A stretch of DNA of 64,000 nt from Candidatus Omnitrophota bacterium (GCA_020341815.1 CP070837.1:692211-756210); one strand, 5' to 3'; counted from the stretch's first letter, positions 1-10,433 are shown. The notes: generated from the sequence alone by a model not told the origin. Translations and numbers: made by a program.

Positions 1-1048
1 TTTGCCAGTATAGCCACAGGCGTTACGATATTAAAATAAAAGGCTGTAATAGGCGCAAGGCCTATCCAGGCCGCTAAGGATGCGGATGCAACCCTAACAA
101 GATAAAAAAGACAACGATTGGATACGGGAAAAAGTCCTTCTATTTTGGGCGTAAAATAGACGATAGAAATCACGCTCAAAAATGAAAGCTGAAATCCCGC
201 TTCAAATAAATAATAGGGGCGCGCAATCAGAATAATCAGCGCCGAAAGCCCCAGGGAATTATATATCTCTATCTCTCTGTTTATCAAATAACCGAATAAG
301 ACGACGCTCGCCATAATGGTTGCCCTGACCACCGAAGGCCGCGCCCCGCTAAGTGAAGCATAAGCAATTAAAACAAGGATAGTAAGAATGAAAGTTAAGC
401 GGCGGCCCAGACGAAATAATTTGAACAGGGCAACTATAATAGAGGCGATCAAGGCTATATGTAAACCGCTGATAGCCAGGATATGAATTGTGCCGGTATG
501 GATGAATAAATCCTTGATATCTTCCGAAAGACTGCTGCGCTCACCTAAAAGAATAGCCGATAAGAGAGAAGCCTCTTTGGGTTCAAGATATTGATAAATA
601 ATCCCGCGCAGTTTTTCCTTGAGATTGAAAACATTCTTGACGAAGTCTCTTTGGGAAGATATCCGCCTAAGCGCGTCTTTTTCCTTTACCTTCAACAAGG
701 CAAAGATATCGTGGTTGGCTAAATATTCCCGATAGTTAAAGCCCCCGGGATTGCGCAGGCTTAAAGGGCGCAGCAGCGACCCCTCAAGAAAAAGCCTATC
801 CCCATATTCTATTTTTCGCTCTCCGTATAGAGTTACCTTGACTAATCCTTCTGTCTTCTGCCAGTTTTGCTTAACTCCTAACTCAGAGGCCCGCAGAATA
901 AAAGTCGTCTTTGGGGTGTGATAAAAGGTCTGAGTAACTTCAGGGGCTGAAGTCACCCTCCCCCGGATAGAGACTTTTTGCGGATTGTTAAAGGCAAAAT
1001 TACGGATATGGGAGGCAGGATATATCTGTGCGTTTTCCAGATGAAGCA
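1..1048 (-). CDS. ComEC/Rec2-family competence protein, N-terminal part (gene runs off the left edge)
   Basis: The reverse-strand translation starts MLHLENAQIYPASHIRNFAFNNPQKVS at the cat at 1046-1048. It continues into a DUF4131-like region and hydrophobic competence-domain helices (..LIAYASLSGARPSVVRATIMASVVLFGYL..). It is absent from the ORF track because there is no in-window stop. Confidence 0.55.
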
Positions 1049-1253
1049 TTCCGATGAAAAATATACAAGCGCTTAGGGAAAGTGAAAATAAAAGATTTTT
1101 CCTTAAATTAATCAGGGAAAAAGTTAGAAATAGAAGACAGATAACAAAAAGCAAAAATAAAGGGATATGGACGAACCTTCCGCTCCATATCCCCAAACAG
1201 AATAAAATGCAGATTACGCTTAAGGGATTATTTTTCAAAATACGAATATTTAA

Positions 1254-1835
1254 TTATAGGGCAATGATCTGCATTATGCCTCTTCTTACCATCATCACGG
1301 CTATCGAGGCTAAAAGCAAGGCGGCAACCTTCGACAATGCCCGGGAGCCGGATATCCCGATAATTTTTATTATAATATCCGAGGATAGAAAAATTATGGC
1401 GGCCAGAATTACATTGGCCATTACAGCGATTAAGGTCGGCATCGGGCCATATTCCTGCAGTATAATCAAAGAGGTTGTCAATACAGCAGGCCCCACAATC
1501 AAAGGTATGCCTAAGGGCACGCTGCCCAATTCATTGCTGGGAATACGGCGTTTTTTCACCGGGTTTACGATATCTATTATGGCGATACAAAAAAGCAGCA
1601 TTCCCCCGGCCACCATAAAATCGCCTATAGTAATATTAAGAAACCGAAAGATTGCCTTGCCCAGAAAAATAAAGCCTACGGCCAGGCAAACCGCCGTAAT
1701 AACGGACTGAATAATAACTTTGATTCTTTCTTTATTGTCGAGGCCTTCGGTAAGAGAAACAAAGATGGGTAATACTCCCACTGCATCCACAGCTACGAAT
1801 AAAGGAATAAAGGCTAAAAGAATATTTTTAAACAT
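1254..1835 (-). CDS. MarC-family (UPF0056) integral membrane protein
   Basis: A 193-aa polytopic membrane protein starting MFKNILLAFIPLFVAVDAVGVLPIFVSL, typical of MarC/UPF0056 proteins. Confidence 0.55.
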   Translation of the reverse strand: MFKNILLAFIPLFVAVDAVGVLPIFVSLTEGLDNKERIKVIIQSVITAVCLAVGFIFLGKAIFRFLNITIGDFMVAGGMLLFCIAIIDIVNPVKKRRIPSNELGSVPLGIPLIVGPAVLTTSLIILQEYGPMPTLIAVMANVILAAIIFLSSDIIIKIIGISGSRALSKVAALLLASIAVMMVRRGIMQIIAL

Positions 1836-2017
1836 TTCACCGCCCCCCTTTTTAATATCCCTGCTTTTTCCCTATTTTTTAGTGAACCTCTCTAAAAGCT
1901 CTTTTATCAGCCGCTCCTGCTCGGCTTTATCATTGGCCATTCTGCGGATTATCATTTTTTGGCGCCTGATGTATTTCCTGACGCCTCGAGGAAATCTTTT
2001 CTTCATTGTCGAGCTCT

Positions 2018-2383
2018 CTAAAACAAACTTATCCTGTTCTTTATCTGTTCAAACTTCTTCTGGCCGATGCCGTCAACACGCATCAGCTCTTCTTTATTCT
2101 CGAAGGGGCCGTGTCTCTGGCGGTAATCTGCTATTCTCCGGGCAAGCTTCTCACCTATTCCGGGAAGAGAGGTGAGCTCATTCGGTTTTAAGCTATTGAT
2201 ATTAACGGGCTCATCCTGCCTATCAACCTTATCCGCCAATTGAACGGAAGCTGCCTCATAAGGCTTAAAGTTAAGTTCCAGCTTTTGGCGGCTCTTTTTA
2301 TAGCCTGCAACACCCAGCCCGCTCATAAAGGAGAGGGTGAGAAATATCAGAATTATCTTTTCCTGTCTGGTCAAATCAAGCAT
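2018..2383 (-). CDS. comEA: ComEA-like competence protein with helix-hairpin-helix DNA-binding domain
   Basis: A single N-terminal TM segment, then LTSLPGIGEKLARRIADYR..RVDGIGQKKFEQI (tandem HhH motifs). It lies next to comEC. Confidence 0.7.
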   Translation of the reverse strand: MLDLTRQEKIILIFLTLSFMSGLGVAGYKKSRQKLELNFKPYEAASVQLADKVDRQDEPVNINSLKPNELTSLPGIGEKLARRIADYRQRHGPFENKEELMRVDGIGQKKFEQIKNRISLF

Positions 2384-3567
2384 TATTTAAGCACATACCT
2401 AATCCAGGCGCGCTCAAACTGGTCGAGGTCAGAATATTTATTGCTGTAGGTCAAGTTTAAGGCGCTCTCAAAAGGCTGGCCGGATATCAAAAGCTTGCAG
2501 AAATGGGAAAACTTCTCGCGCCCATGCTGGCTAATCAAAAACCCTACCACACTCTGCGCCTGAGCGTAATAAAGCTCCAAGGTCTTTTCCTTTCTTGGAT
2601 AACGTTTTAATTTTACTAATTCCTCGATGGGGATATGCTCTCCTTCCCCAATGCTGTCATGCAGCATGGCATCGGCATAACCGATATTTCCGCTTTCATA
2701 TATTGCCAGGCCCTCATTGAGCCATAAGGGGATATCCTCACCCCCGGCAAAATCATTGAAGATAAGATGCGTCAACTCATGAGGGAAGCCGACTGAAAGA
2801 TAAGCCGTAGATATGCCCCGCAGATATATTTCCTTTTCCCCTGTTTGAGGGACAAAACCGCCGGCGTGGTCAAACTTTTTTACGAATGTCTGTATATACT
2901 CCTGCCACTTTTCTTCATCGGGTATAATAAAGACCTCGCACTTATCCAGCCAATTTATTTCCTTTGCGTAACCTAAATCATAAGCAATCTTTTCGTAATA
3001 ATATTCGGCTTTAGCCCCTACTGCCTTGGCCTGGGCAATATCTTCGTAATAAATAATAAAGTGTTCGCTCTGGCGATTATACCAGTTACCCTTGGCTAAA
3101 AGGGCACGGGCAAGCTCCGTTCGCCCTTTGCGCCCCGGCTGAATAATCTCTCCCCGCTTTATCTTCCTCTTAAGAATATCCCTGATATATTCTTCTCTTT
3201 TCAGGCTATCTCGCTGGGCCTTAAGGACCCATTCGCCCTTATATTTTACCAGGCCTTTATTTATCTGCTCTGCCTCAAATATAGCCTTAGCGCGCCGGGC
3301 TCTTTCTCTTTCCTCCTTAAGCGCAAGCCATTCCTCTTTGAGGGCCCTGTTTCTTTTTTCATCCCATTTTTCCACATAGGCGATGTCGCTTTTGGCAAAG
3401 GTAACCCTGGCGCCGAGTGAGGCCTCCACTTCTAAAACCCTGTCCGTATCCCGAATAATAATGCCTTCCATGATACTGCCGTTATTAAAACAGATAATAT
3501 CCGCTCCGGTTTTATCCGTCCAAGATACTAATCCTAAGACTATTGCCAAAAATATAGCCTTTTTCAA
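2383..3567 (-). CDS. Secreted putative zinc metallopeptidase (HExxH, peptidase-MA-like)
   Basis: Signal peptide MKKAIFLAIVLGLVS. Motif HELTHLIFNDF...LNEGLAIYES is a HExxH plus downstream Glu (zincin-like). Confidence 0.4.
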   Translation of the reverse strand: MKKAIFLAIVLGLVSWTDKTGADIICFNNGSIMEGIIIRDTDRVLEVEASLGARVTFAKSDIAYVEKWDEKRNRALKEEWLALKEERERARRAKAIFEAEQINKGLVKYKGEWVLKAQRDSLKREEYIRDILKRKIKRGEIIQPGRKGRTELARALLAKGNWYNRQSEHFIIYYEDIAQAKAVGAKAEYYYEKIAYDLGYAKEINWLDKCEVFIIPDEEKWQEYIQTFVKKFDHAGGFVPQTGEKEIYLRGISTAYLSVGFPHELTHLIFNDFAGGEDIPLWLNEGLAIYESGNIGYADAMLHDSIGEGEHIPIEELVKLKRYPRKEKTLELYYAQAQSVVGFLISQHGREKFSHFCKLLISGQPFESALNLTYSNKYSDLDQFERAWIRYVLK

Positions 3568-3585
3568 TTCTTCCCCTTTTTGCCG

Positions 3586-6024
3586 TTACAACACTATACT
3601 AACCAGCTTTCTGGGTACAATCAAGAATTTTTTAACAGGCTTTTCTTTTATCCAGGTGGTTACTTTTTCATTATGCAAGACTTGTTCTTTCAAATCTTCT
3701 TCGGTTATGTCATAAGGCACAGTTATCTTAGCGCGCACCCTGCCGTTTATCTGCACCACAATCAAGACCTCTTCTGCCTGAATGGCCTCTTTATCGTAGC
3801 TGGGCCAGGGAAGCTCAAAGATGCTATTTTTCTTTCCCAAGAGCTGCCACATCTCTTCTGCCATATGCGGCACAAACGGAGAGAGCAAAATCACTGTCGC
3901 CTCAAGCGCCTCTTCCCTCGCAACCGCATCCACCCCTTCATCCTGGGCTTTATAAATTTCATTCACCAGCTCCATAATTGCGCTGATAGCAGTATTAAAA
4001 TGGAACTCCCGCTCGATATCCTCGGTTACTTTCTTAATGGTCAGGTGGGTCTTTCTTTTTAGCCAATCGTTTTTCTTGCCTTCTGCAACATTTGGCTGTT
4101 TTATCAGGCGCCACACCCTGTTAAGGAAGCGCCAGGCGCCCTCCACCCCCCTATCATTCCACTCGGCGTCTTTTTCCGGAGGGCCGATAAATAAGGTATA
4201 AAGCCTGACCGTATCGGCGCCGTATTTAGCAATAAGCTCATCGGGGCTGACCACGTTGCCTTTGGACTTGGACATCTTTGCCCCGGATTTTATTATCATG
4301 CCTTGAGTAAACAATCTCTTAAAGGGCTCATCGAAATCCACCAGGCCCAAATCATAAAAAACCTTGGTAATAAAGCGGGAATATAAAAGGTGCAGGATAG
4401 CGTGCTCCACTCCGCCGATATACTGGTCAACGGGCAGCCATTTATTGACAATCTCCCGTTCAAAAGGCCTGTTCTTATCCTTAGGGGAAAGATAGCGCAG
4501 ATAATACCAGCTGGAATCAACAAAGGTATCCATGGTGTCTGTCTCTCTGCGGGCCTTGGCCTTGCATTTAGGACAAGTCGTATTCACGAAAGCCCTGGCC
4601 TGTTTCAAAGGTGACTCTCCGTGCGGCCTGAATTCCACTTTTTCCGGAAGCAGAACCGGAAGGTCTTTCTCATTAACAGGGACTTGCCCGCAATGCTCGC
4701 AATAGATAATAGGAATAGGCGCCCCCCAGTATCTCTGACGGGAAATCAGCCAATCCCTCAGCCGATAGTGAACAGTCCTTTGGCCGATTTTTTTCTTTTC
4801 CATAAAATCGGCTATTTTTTCCATTGCCTGGCGGTTATCCAGGCCGTCAAACTGGGCGGAGTTTACCATTACCCCCTCATCCACATAGGCCCCGCGCATA
4901 GTCTGCGCATTCAAGGCCTCATTAGGATTATCTATGACTACCTCTATCGGCAAATTGTATTTTTTGGCAAATTCAAAGTCTCTTTGGTCATGTGCCGGAA
5001 CAGCCATCACCGCCCCCGTGCCGTATTCCATCAATACATAATTGGCAATCCAGAGAGGAATCTGGCGATTATTTACCGGATTAATTACATACCTGCCTGT
5101 AAAGATTCCTTCTTTTTCTATCTCTGCAGTAGCGCGGGATGCTATATTCTGCTTTCTCACCTTTTCGACAAATGCAAGAATATCGTCTCTATTCGGGGCG
5201 CCCTCTATTAATTTTTCGATATCGGGATGCTCGGCCGCCAGGACCATATAAGTTGCTCCGTATATAGTATCTACCCTGGTAGTAAAACAACTTAAAGCCT
5301 TATCTTCTCCTTCAAGCGGAAAATCTATCCTTACGCCTTCGCTTCTGCCGATCCAATTCTGCTGCATTGTCCTGACGCGCTGGGGCCACTCTTTCAATTT
5401 GGATAAATCATCCAAAAGCCGCTGGGCGTAAGCGGTAATCTTAAAGAACCATTGCTCCAGAACTTTTTCCGTGACTTGATTATCGCATCTCCAGCAGCGG
5501 CCTTCGATAACCTGCTCATTGGCCAGAATAGTCTGGCACGACGGACACCAGTTCACCGCCGCCTTTTTCTTATAGGCAAGGCCCTTTTCATAAAGTTTTA
5601 AGAATATCCACTGGGTCCATTTATAATAATCGGGTAGGCAGGAGGTAACTTCTCTCGACCAGTCATAGCCTGTGCCCCAGGCATCAAGCTGTTTTTTCAT
5701 TCGGGTGATATTTCTCAGGCTTGAGGTTTTGGGGTGGATACCGTCTTTTATTGCCGCATTCTCCGCCGGCAGACCAAAAGCATCCCAACCCATCGGCGTA
5801 AGAACGTTAAAGCCCCGCATCATCATAAAGCGCGCCACCACATCGCCAATGATATAATTGCGGCCATGACCCACGTGCAGGGCCGATGAGGGATAGGGAA
5901 ACATCATCAGGCAGTAATATTTAGTCTTGGGCGAGCGCGGGTCCATCTTAAACAAACCGATTTTACGCCAGAACTTCTGCCATTTAGGCTCGATCTTCTT
6001 GAATGGATAGGAATTTTCTGTCAT
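3586..6024 (-). CDS. leuS: Leucyl-tRNA synthetase
   Basis: 812 aa. It carries the HIGH-type motif HVGHGRNY, KMSKSKGN, and the editing-domain and C-terminal architecture of bacterial LeuS. Confidence 0.95.
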   Translation of the reverse strand: MTENSYPFKKIEPKWQKFWRKIGLFKMDPRSPKTKYYCLMMFPYPSSALHVGHGRNYIIGDVVARFMMMRGFNVLTPMGWDAFGLPAENAAIKDGIHPKTSSLRNITRMKKQLDAWGTGYDWSREVTSCLPDYYKWTQWIFLKLYEKGLAYKKKAAVNWCPSCQTILANEQVIEGRCWRCDNQVTEKVLEQWFFKITAYAQRLLDDLSKLKEWPQRVRTMQQNWIGRSEGVRIDFPLEGEDKALSCFTTRVDTIYGATYMVLAAEHPDIEKLIEGAPNRDDILAFVEKVRKQNIASRATAEIEKEGIFTGRYVINPVNNRQIPLWIANYVLMEYGTGAVMAVPAHDQRDFEFAKKYNLPIEVVIDNPNEALNAQTMRGAYVDEGVMVNSAQFDGLDNRQAMEKIADFMEKKKIGQRTVHYRLRDWLISRQRYWGAPIPIIYCEHCGQVPVNEKDLPVLLPEKVEFRPHGESPLKQARAFVNTTCPKCKAKARRETDTMDTFVDSSWYYLRYLSPKDKNRPFEREIVNKWLPVDQYIGGVEHAILHLLYSRFITKVFYDLGLVDFDEPFKRLFTQGMIIKSGAKMSKSKGNVVSPDELIAKYGADTVRLYTLFIGPPEKDAEWNDRGVEGAWRFLNRVWRLIKQPNVAEGKKNDWLKRKTHLTIKKVTEDIEREFHFNTAISAIMELVNEIYKAQDEGVDAVAREEALEATVILLSPFVPHMAEEMWQLLGKKNSIFELPWPSYDKEAIQAEEVLIVVQINGRVRAKITVPYDITEEDLKEQVLHNEKVTTWIKEKPVKKFLIVPRKLVSIVL

Positions 6025-6026
6025 AG

Positions 6027-6704
6027 TTACGGCTTTAATATCAAATTATTAAACTTTTCTACTTCTTTTATCTGATAGATTGGCCTCTTTTGCTTACTCA
6101 AAATCCGGCAATAACCTTTTTCATTATAAAGCCATCTATCCGAAGTTTTAGCCTTAAGGTCTATCAAATCAATCTTATAATCCCAGCCTGCGATTCGGTA
6201 TATTGTATGGATATGTTTATTTTCAAGTTTTTCTTTTTGTTCCCAAGCTAATGTAAATTGCTCAAGTTCGTCTGCCGATTTTAATATTTTTATTTCTTTA
6301 AAATTTTTATCAAGAATTTTAACTTTTGAAAGCCGAGTTCGTATCTTCTTTACATTTAAAGAATCTAAATCCAGGATAAAACTTCTTTCTTTTTCATCAT
6401 AAATAAGCAATTTCATGCCATATTTTTTAAGATTTGTAATCATTACCCATTGAATATCGTGTTCCATCAAGGGATTTATTATTATTTGATAGATTTTCTT
6501 CTTCCAGATAATTTCATTGCTTTTGATATTTCTTGCTTCGATATAGGCTTTCTGTAACAATTTCCCCATTTCATATACGGCTTTATATTCTATATCTCCA
6601 ACCCTTATTTTATCAGGGTATTCTATATGCATTCTTTTTGCAAAGAGCAAAGAAGGTAGTATTAATAGACATATTAAAAGAATATAAATTGTTTTTGATC
6701 TCAT
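6027..6704 (-). CDS. Hypothetical secreted protein, strongly AT-rich gene
   Basis: 225 aa with a signal peptide (MRSKTIYILLICLLILPSLLFA). No recognisable motif. Composition is visibly lower GC than leuS, which lies 3 nt downstream. Confidence 0.45.
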   Translation of the reverse strand: MRSKTIYILLICLLILPSLLFAKRMHIEYPDKIRVGDIEYKAVYEMGKLLQKAYIEARNIKSNEIIWKKKIYQIIINPLMEHDIQWVMITNLKKYGMKLLIYDEKERSFILDLDSLNVKKIRTRLSKVKILDKNFKEIKILKSADELEQFTLAWEQKEKLENKHIHTIYRIAGWDYKIDLIDLKAKTSDRWLYNEKGYCRILSKQKRPIYQIKEVEKFNNLILKP

Positions 6705-6787
6705 CTTATTATTTCTCCATTTTTTACATTATTTGCTCTATATTTGTCTAAATTATCACATTTTTGAAGACGTTACAAGAAAATAGT

Positions 6788-6816
6788 TTGACTTTCTCTA
6801 TCTAAGTAATTATACT
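6788..6816 (+). promoter_or_regulatory. Putative sigma70-like promoter for nfeD (TTGACT-17-TATACT)
   Basis: TTGACT at 6788-6793, a 17-nt spacer, then TATACT at 6811-6816. The ATG is only 10 nt downstream, so the transcript would be near-leaderless. Confidence 0.3.
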
Positions 6817-6825
6817 ACATATATC

Positions 6826-8142
6826 ATGAAAAAGAGAAAAATTGCCTTAATATTGGCCCTGGTCGTTTTATTTACAGCGGGGCTTTTATTGCCTAAAGGC
6901 TCTTCGCTGCCGCAAGATAAATCCTCTTTAGTATTGGTCGTGGATATCGATGATATGATTATCAATCCTGTGGCCTATGAGGTTATTAGTGAGGCTATCG
7001 ATGAGGCAGAAACAAAAAAAGCTCAATGCGTGGTTATCAGGATGGATACCCCCGGGGGACTCTTAGAAACCACGCACAAAATAGTCAAAGAGATAATGGG
7101 CTCTTCTGTTCCTGTAGCGGTCTATGTCTGGCCCCAGGGAGCAAGGGCGGCTTCTGCAGGAGTATTCATCACTTTAGCCAGCCATGTAGCGGCTATGGCT
7201 GAGTCTACGCATATCGGAGCGGCACACCCTGTAATAATGAATAAGTCCTGGGGTAATATAGATGAAGAGATGCGCCAGAAGGTGCTCAATGACTCCGTGG
7301 CCTGGATTGAATCCCTGGCCAAGGCCAGAGGCCGAAATGCCCTCTGGGCCAAGCAGGCCGTTACCGAAAGTGTCTCCATCACCGAGAAAGAGGCCTTAAG
7401 ATTAAGAGTAGCCGATATCGTAGCTAAAGACTTAGATGAACTATTAAATAAAATAGACGGGCGCACGGTTGAGACCCTCGGACAAAAAGTCACCTTGCAC
7501 ACTAAAGAGGCCCGGGTTGAATTTATCCCTATGAGCCTGCGGCAGAAGTTTCTGAATAACTTAATCAATCCCAATATCGCTTATATCCTGATGCTTCTGG
7601 GATTCTTCGGGCTTTTATATGAAATAACCCACCCCGGCTTTGGCTTCCCGGGGCTGGCGGGGATTATTTCGCTTCTTCTGGCCTTCTATGCATTTCAGGT
7701 CCTGCCTACAAACTACGCCGGGGTTGCCCTGGTAATCGTGGGAATAGCATTTTTCATTATCGAGGCCTTTACCCCTACATTCGGCGCCTTTACTTTGGCG
7801 GGAATCGTCTCTTTGGTCTTTGGCTCAACGATATTATTCAACCAGCCTTATGAGTTCCTGAAAGTATCATTAAAGCTGATTATCCCTGTGGCTGTTTCCT
7901 TAGGATTAATTTCTACATTTCTGATAACCCTGGTAATTAAGGCCCATAGACGAAAAATAACTATCGGACAGGAAGCGCTTATCGGCCAAAGAGCCACAGC
8001 CCAGACAAACATCTCGCCCAAGGGCAAGGTCTTTATCCACGGAGAAATCTGGGATGCCCAGAGCAGCGACAAAATCCTTAAAGGTCAAGAGGTAATTATT
8101 GAGAAGGTGGAAGGATTAAAATTAATAGTAAGGAAAGCTTAA
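6826..8142 (+). CDS. NfeD-family membrane-bound ClpP-class serine protease (long form)
   Basis: 438 aa. N-terminal ClpP-like domain (VVDIDDMIINPVAYEV..RMDTPGGLL..GARAASAGVFI), then TM helices and a C-terminal OB-fold region. It sits upstream of an SPFH protein. Confidence 0.8.
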   Translation: MKKRKIALILALVVLFTAGLLLPKGSSLPQDKSSLVLVVDIDDMIINPVAYEVISEAIDEAETKKAQCVVIRMDTPGGLLETTHKIVKEIMGSSVPVAVYVWPQGARAASAGVFITLASHVAAMAESTHIGAAHPVIMNKSWGNIDEEMRQKVLNDSVAWIESLAKARGRNALWAKQAVTESVSITEKEALRLRVADIVAKDLDELLNKIDGRTVETLGQKVTLHTKEARVEFIPMSLRQKFLNNLINPNIAYILMLLGFFGLLYEITHPGFGFPGLAGIISLLLAFYAFQVLPTNYAGVALVIVGIAFFIIEAFTPTFGAFTLAGIVSLVFGSTILFNQPYEFLKVSLKLIIPVAVSLGLISTFLITLVIKAHRRKITIGQEALIGQRATAQTNISPKGKVFIHGEIWDAQSSDKILKGQEVIIEKVEGLKLIVRKA

Positions 8143-8159
8143 CAAATTAAGATTGGGAG

Positions 8160-8909
8160 GTGTTTAATATGTGGAAGACTTTCGCTATTATTATTGTGCT
8201 CTGGCTGTTAAACTGCATCAAAATACTGCGGGAATATGAAAGAGCGGTAATCTTTCGCCTGGGACGCGTCCTGGCCCAGCCAAAAGGCCCGGGTGTCATC
8301 TTCGTATTCATCCCCTTTGACCGCTCAGAAAGAGTGAGCCTGCGCACCATTACCTTAGATGTGCCGCCTCAGGATATAATCACCAGAGATAACGTCTCGG
8401 TAAAGGTCAATGCCGTTGTATATTACCGGGTAATGGACCCCATCAAGGCAATTACCGAAATCGAAAACTATAATTTCGCTACCTCGCAAATATCCCAGAC
8501 AACCTTAAGAAGCGTGGTCGGCCAGGTGCCCCTTGATGATTTGCTCTCCAACAGGGAAAAAATAAACGCCTCTTTGCAGGAGATAATCGATAAGCAAACC
8601 GACCCCTGGGGTATCAAGGTCTCGGTGGTTGAGATAAAGCATGTGGACCTGCCCTCTGAGATGCAAAGGGCAATGGCCCGTCAGGCCGAGGCCGAAAGAG
8701 AACGCCGGGCCAAGATAATCAGCGCCGAAGGAGAATCCCAGGCAGCCCTGAAGCTGAAAGAGGCCGCCGAAACCATTGCCGAGCACCCCATGGCGCTTCA
8801 GATGAGATATCTGCAGACCTTAGCGGATATGTCTTCGGAACGCTCTTCTATCGTGGTACTTCCGCTTCCGCTTGAGTTCTTAAAGGCCCTCAGCGCCAAA
8901 AAAAGTTGA
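8160..8909 (+). CDS. SPFH/band-7 (stomatin-like) protein
   Basis: An N-terminal TM helix, then [16 protein letters not shown].. SPFH domain with a C-terminal coiled coil. This is the classic NfeD-stomatin operon partner. Confidence 0.8.
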   Translation: MFNMWKTFAIIIVLWLLNCIKILREYERAVIFRLGRVLAQPKGPGVIFVFIPFDRSERVSLRTITLDVPPQDIITRDNVSVKVNAVVYYRVMDPIKAITEIENYNFATSQISQTTLRSVVGQVPLDDLLSNREKINASLQEIIDKQTDPWGIKVSVVEIKHVDLPSEMQRAMARQAEAERERRAKIISAEGESQAALKLKEAAETIAEHPMALQMRYLQTLADMSSERSSIVVLPLPLEFLKALSAKKS

Positions 8910-8958
8910 GATATTGACAAATCAGGCCTTAGATGGTATAAGGGGTAAGTAAATTCGG

Positions 8959-9032
8959 GGGGCTGTGGTGAAGCGGGATCACATCACAATGGCATTGTGA
9001 TATCACGGGTTCGATTCCCGTCAGCTCCACCA
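8959..9032 (+). tRNA. tRNA-Ala (anticodon GGC)
   Basis: A 74-nt cloverleaf with acceptor GGGGCTG/CAGCTCC and the G3:U70 Ala identity pair. The anticodon loop is atGGCat, the T-loop is GGTTCGATTCC, and the encoded end is ACCA. Confidence 0.8.
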
Positions 9033-9090
9033 AAATTGTTCCACAATTTTGGTGAGATCTCGCCCGTCTCACCATTTAGAATTTCAAAGA

Positions 9091-9119
9091 GGTGGACGAG
9101 GCGGATCCACCATTTTTCT
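9091..9119 (+). terminator. Rho-independent terminator-like hairpin plus T-tract after tRNA-Ala
   Basis: ggtgga-cgaggcgga-tccacc followed by atttttct. It is the last of three consecutive hairpins downstream of the tRNA. Confidence 0.45.
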
Positions 9120-9132
9120 ACATAAGGTCTTT

Positions 9133-9369
9133 TCAGGAAGAAGAGAGAACCTCTTTTATCTCATCTACGGTAGGAATCCTGCCGGATAGTCTAACCTTGC
9201 CATCTATAATTACTGCCGGGGTAAACATTACTCCCTTCTCGGCAAACTCGGCTACATTTGTAAGCTTGGTAACTTCAGCATCAATTCCCAGCTCTTTTAT
9301 TGCCTCTTCTACGTTCTTCTCCGTTGCTTTGCATCTGGGGCACCCGGGACCCGCAATCTCAATTTTCAT
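9133..9369 (-). CDS. Small thioredoxin-fold redox-active disulfide protein (CPRC motif)
   Basis: 78 aa. It starts MKIEIAGPGCPRCK and has the ..AVIIDGKV..G thioredoxin-like fold. It is paired with a downstream permease. Confidence 0.65.
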   Translation of the reverse strand: MKIEIAGPGCPRCKATEKNVEEAIKELGIDAEVTKLTNVAEFAEKGVMFTPAVIIDGKVRLSGRIPTVDEIKEVLSSS

Positions 9370-9386
9370 CTTTACTCCCTTTCTGT

Positions 9387-10433
9387 TTAAAAAATATAAT
9401 TGCCGAAAAACCAGCCCACTGTACTTCCTAAGATAATTATCGTAACCACGTAACAGAGGGCCTTTTTAACCCCAAAGACACGGGCAATCGCCAGCCAATT
9501 GGGCAGGCTTATGCCCGGCCCTGTCAGAAGAAGAGCCAGAGACGGCCCCTTGCCCATGCCCAGCTTCATCAATGTATCCACAAAAGGCGCCTCGGTCATA
9601 GTGGCAAAATAGCTTATCGCCCCCAGCATTGTAGCCAGAAAGGAAGCCGAAAGGCTGTTACCTCCCAGCCACCTTCTTATCCAGTCCTCAGGCAGAATTT
9701 TACCAATGATGCCAACGATAAAAACGCCCAATAACAGCAAAGGAAAGATTATCCTGACAAACCAGAAGGTCTGCCTCATCCAGTCTTTTAGCTCTTGTTT
9801 TGACTTTACCTTCAGGGCATAGGCGAGCATAATCAACGTAGCCAGACCCCAGACAAAAACCTTATGCAAATAAGGGCCCTTCCTTATAACATAGTTCGGC
9901 AAAAGCAAGCTGGCCAGAATCAATAGAATAAGGATGATGTCTTTTGCGGCGATGATTTTTCCTCCTGCTGTCTCCTGATTCTCTTCAATCCGTTTTTGTT
10001 CGCTCCTGCGAAAGACAGTGCTCATTATTATCCCAACCACAAAGGCCATAAGCAAGGCCGAAATTATTCTTGCGGTGACCATGCCATAGCCCAAAATTGC
10101 CCCGGTATATAAAAGGGCCAGGATATTTGAGGCCGGGGCAACCCATAACAGGATAAAGGCAGGGCCGATGCCGCTTCCTCTATAATAGAGGCCACTGGCA
10201 ACGGGGATAACCGTGCAGGAGCAGGCAGCCAGAAAGAAGCTGCCCAGGGCGGCTAAGCTGAATGACTTTATCTTATTTGCCGTATAACCCAGATGCCTGA
10301 TTATGGCCTCTTTGGATATAAAAGACACCATTGCCCCGGCCAGGAGAAACGCCGGCACAAGGCACGTTACCACATGCTCTATGATGTATTCTTTTACCGA
10401 TAAAAAACCTGCAATAATCAGCTCTGTTATCAT
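9387..10433 (-). CDS. Predicted permease (DUF318-type) partner of the redox-active disulfide protein
   Basis: A polytopic membrane protein. The start is trimmed to MITELIIAGFL (cat at 10431-10433), because the longer ORF would overlap tRNA-Leu. Confidence 0.6.
   Translation of the reverse strand: MITELIIAGFLSVKEYIIEHVVTCLVPAFLLAGAMVSFISKEAIIRHLGYTANKIKSFSLAALGSFFLAACSCTVIPVASGLYYRGSGIGPAFILLWVAPASNILALLYTGAILGYGMVTARIISALLMAFVVGIIMSTVFRRSEQKRIEENQETAGGKIIAAKDIILILLILASLLLPNYVIRKGPYLHKVFVWGLATLIMLAYALKVKSKQELKDWMRQTFWFVRIIFPLLLLGVFIVGIIGKILPEDWIRRWLGGNSLSASFLATMLGAISYFATMTEAPFVDTLMKLGMGKGPSLALLLTGPGISLPNWLAIARVFGVKKALCYVVTIIILGSTVGWFFGNYIF

Noticed and set aside
1054-2175. Plus-strand ORFs 1054-1710 (218 aa) and 1720-2175 (151 aa)
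   Set aside because: They are antisense to the MarC-family and comEA genes. Their translations are low-complexity with no motifs, and they have no RBS. They are shadows of the minus-strand genes.
4296-5857. Multiple 60-196-aa ORFs on both strands inside 3586-6024
   Set aside because: All are embedded in leuS, in other frames or antisense. leuS is unambiguous.
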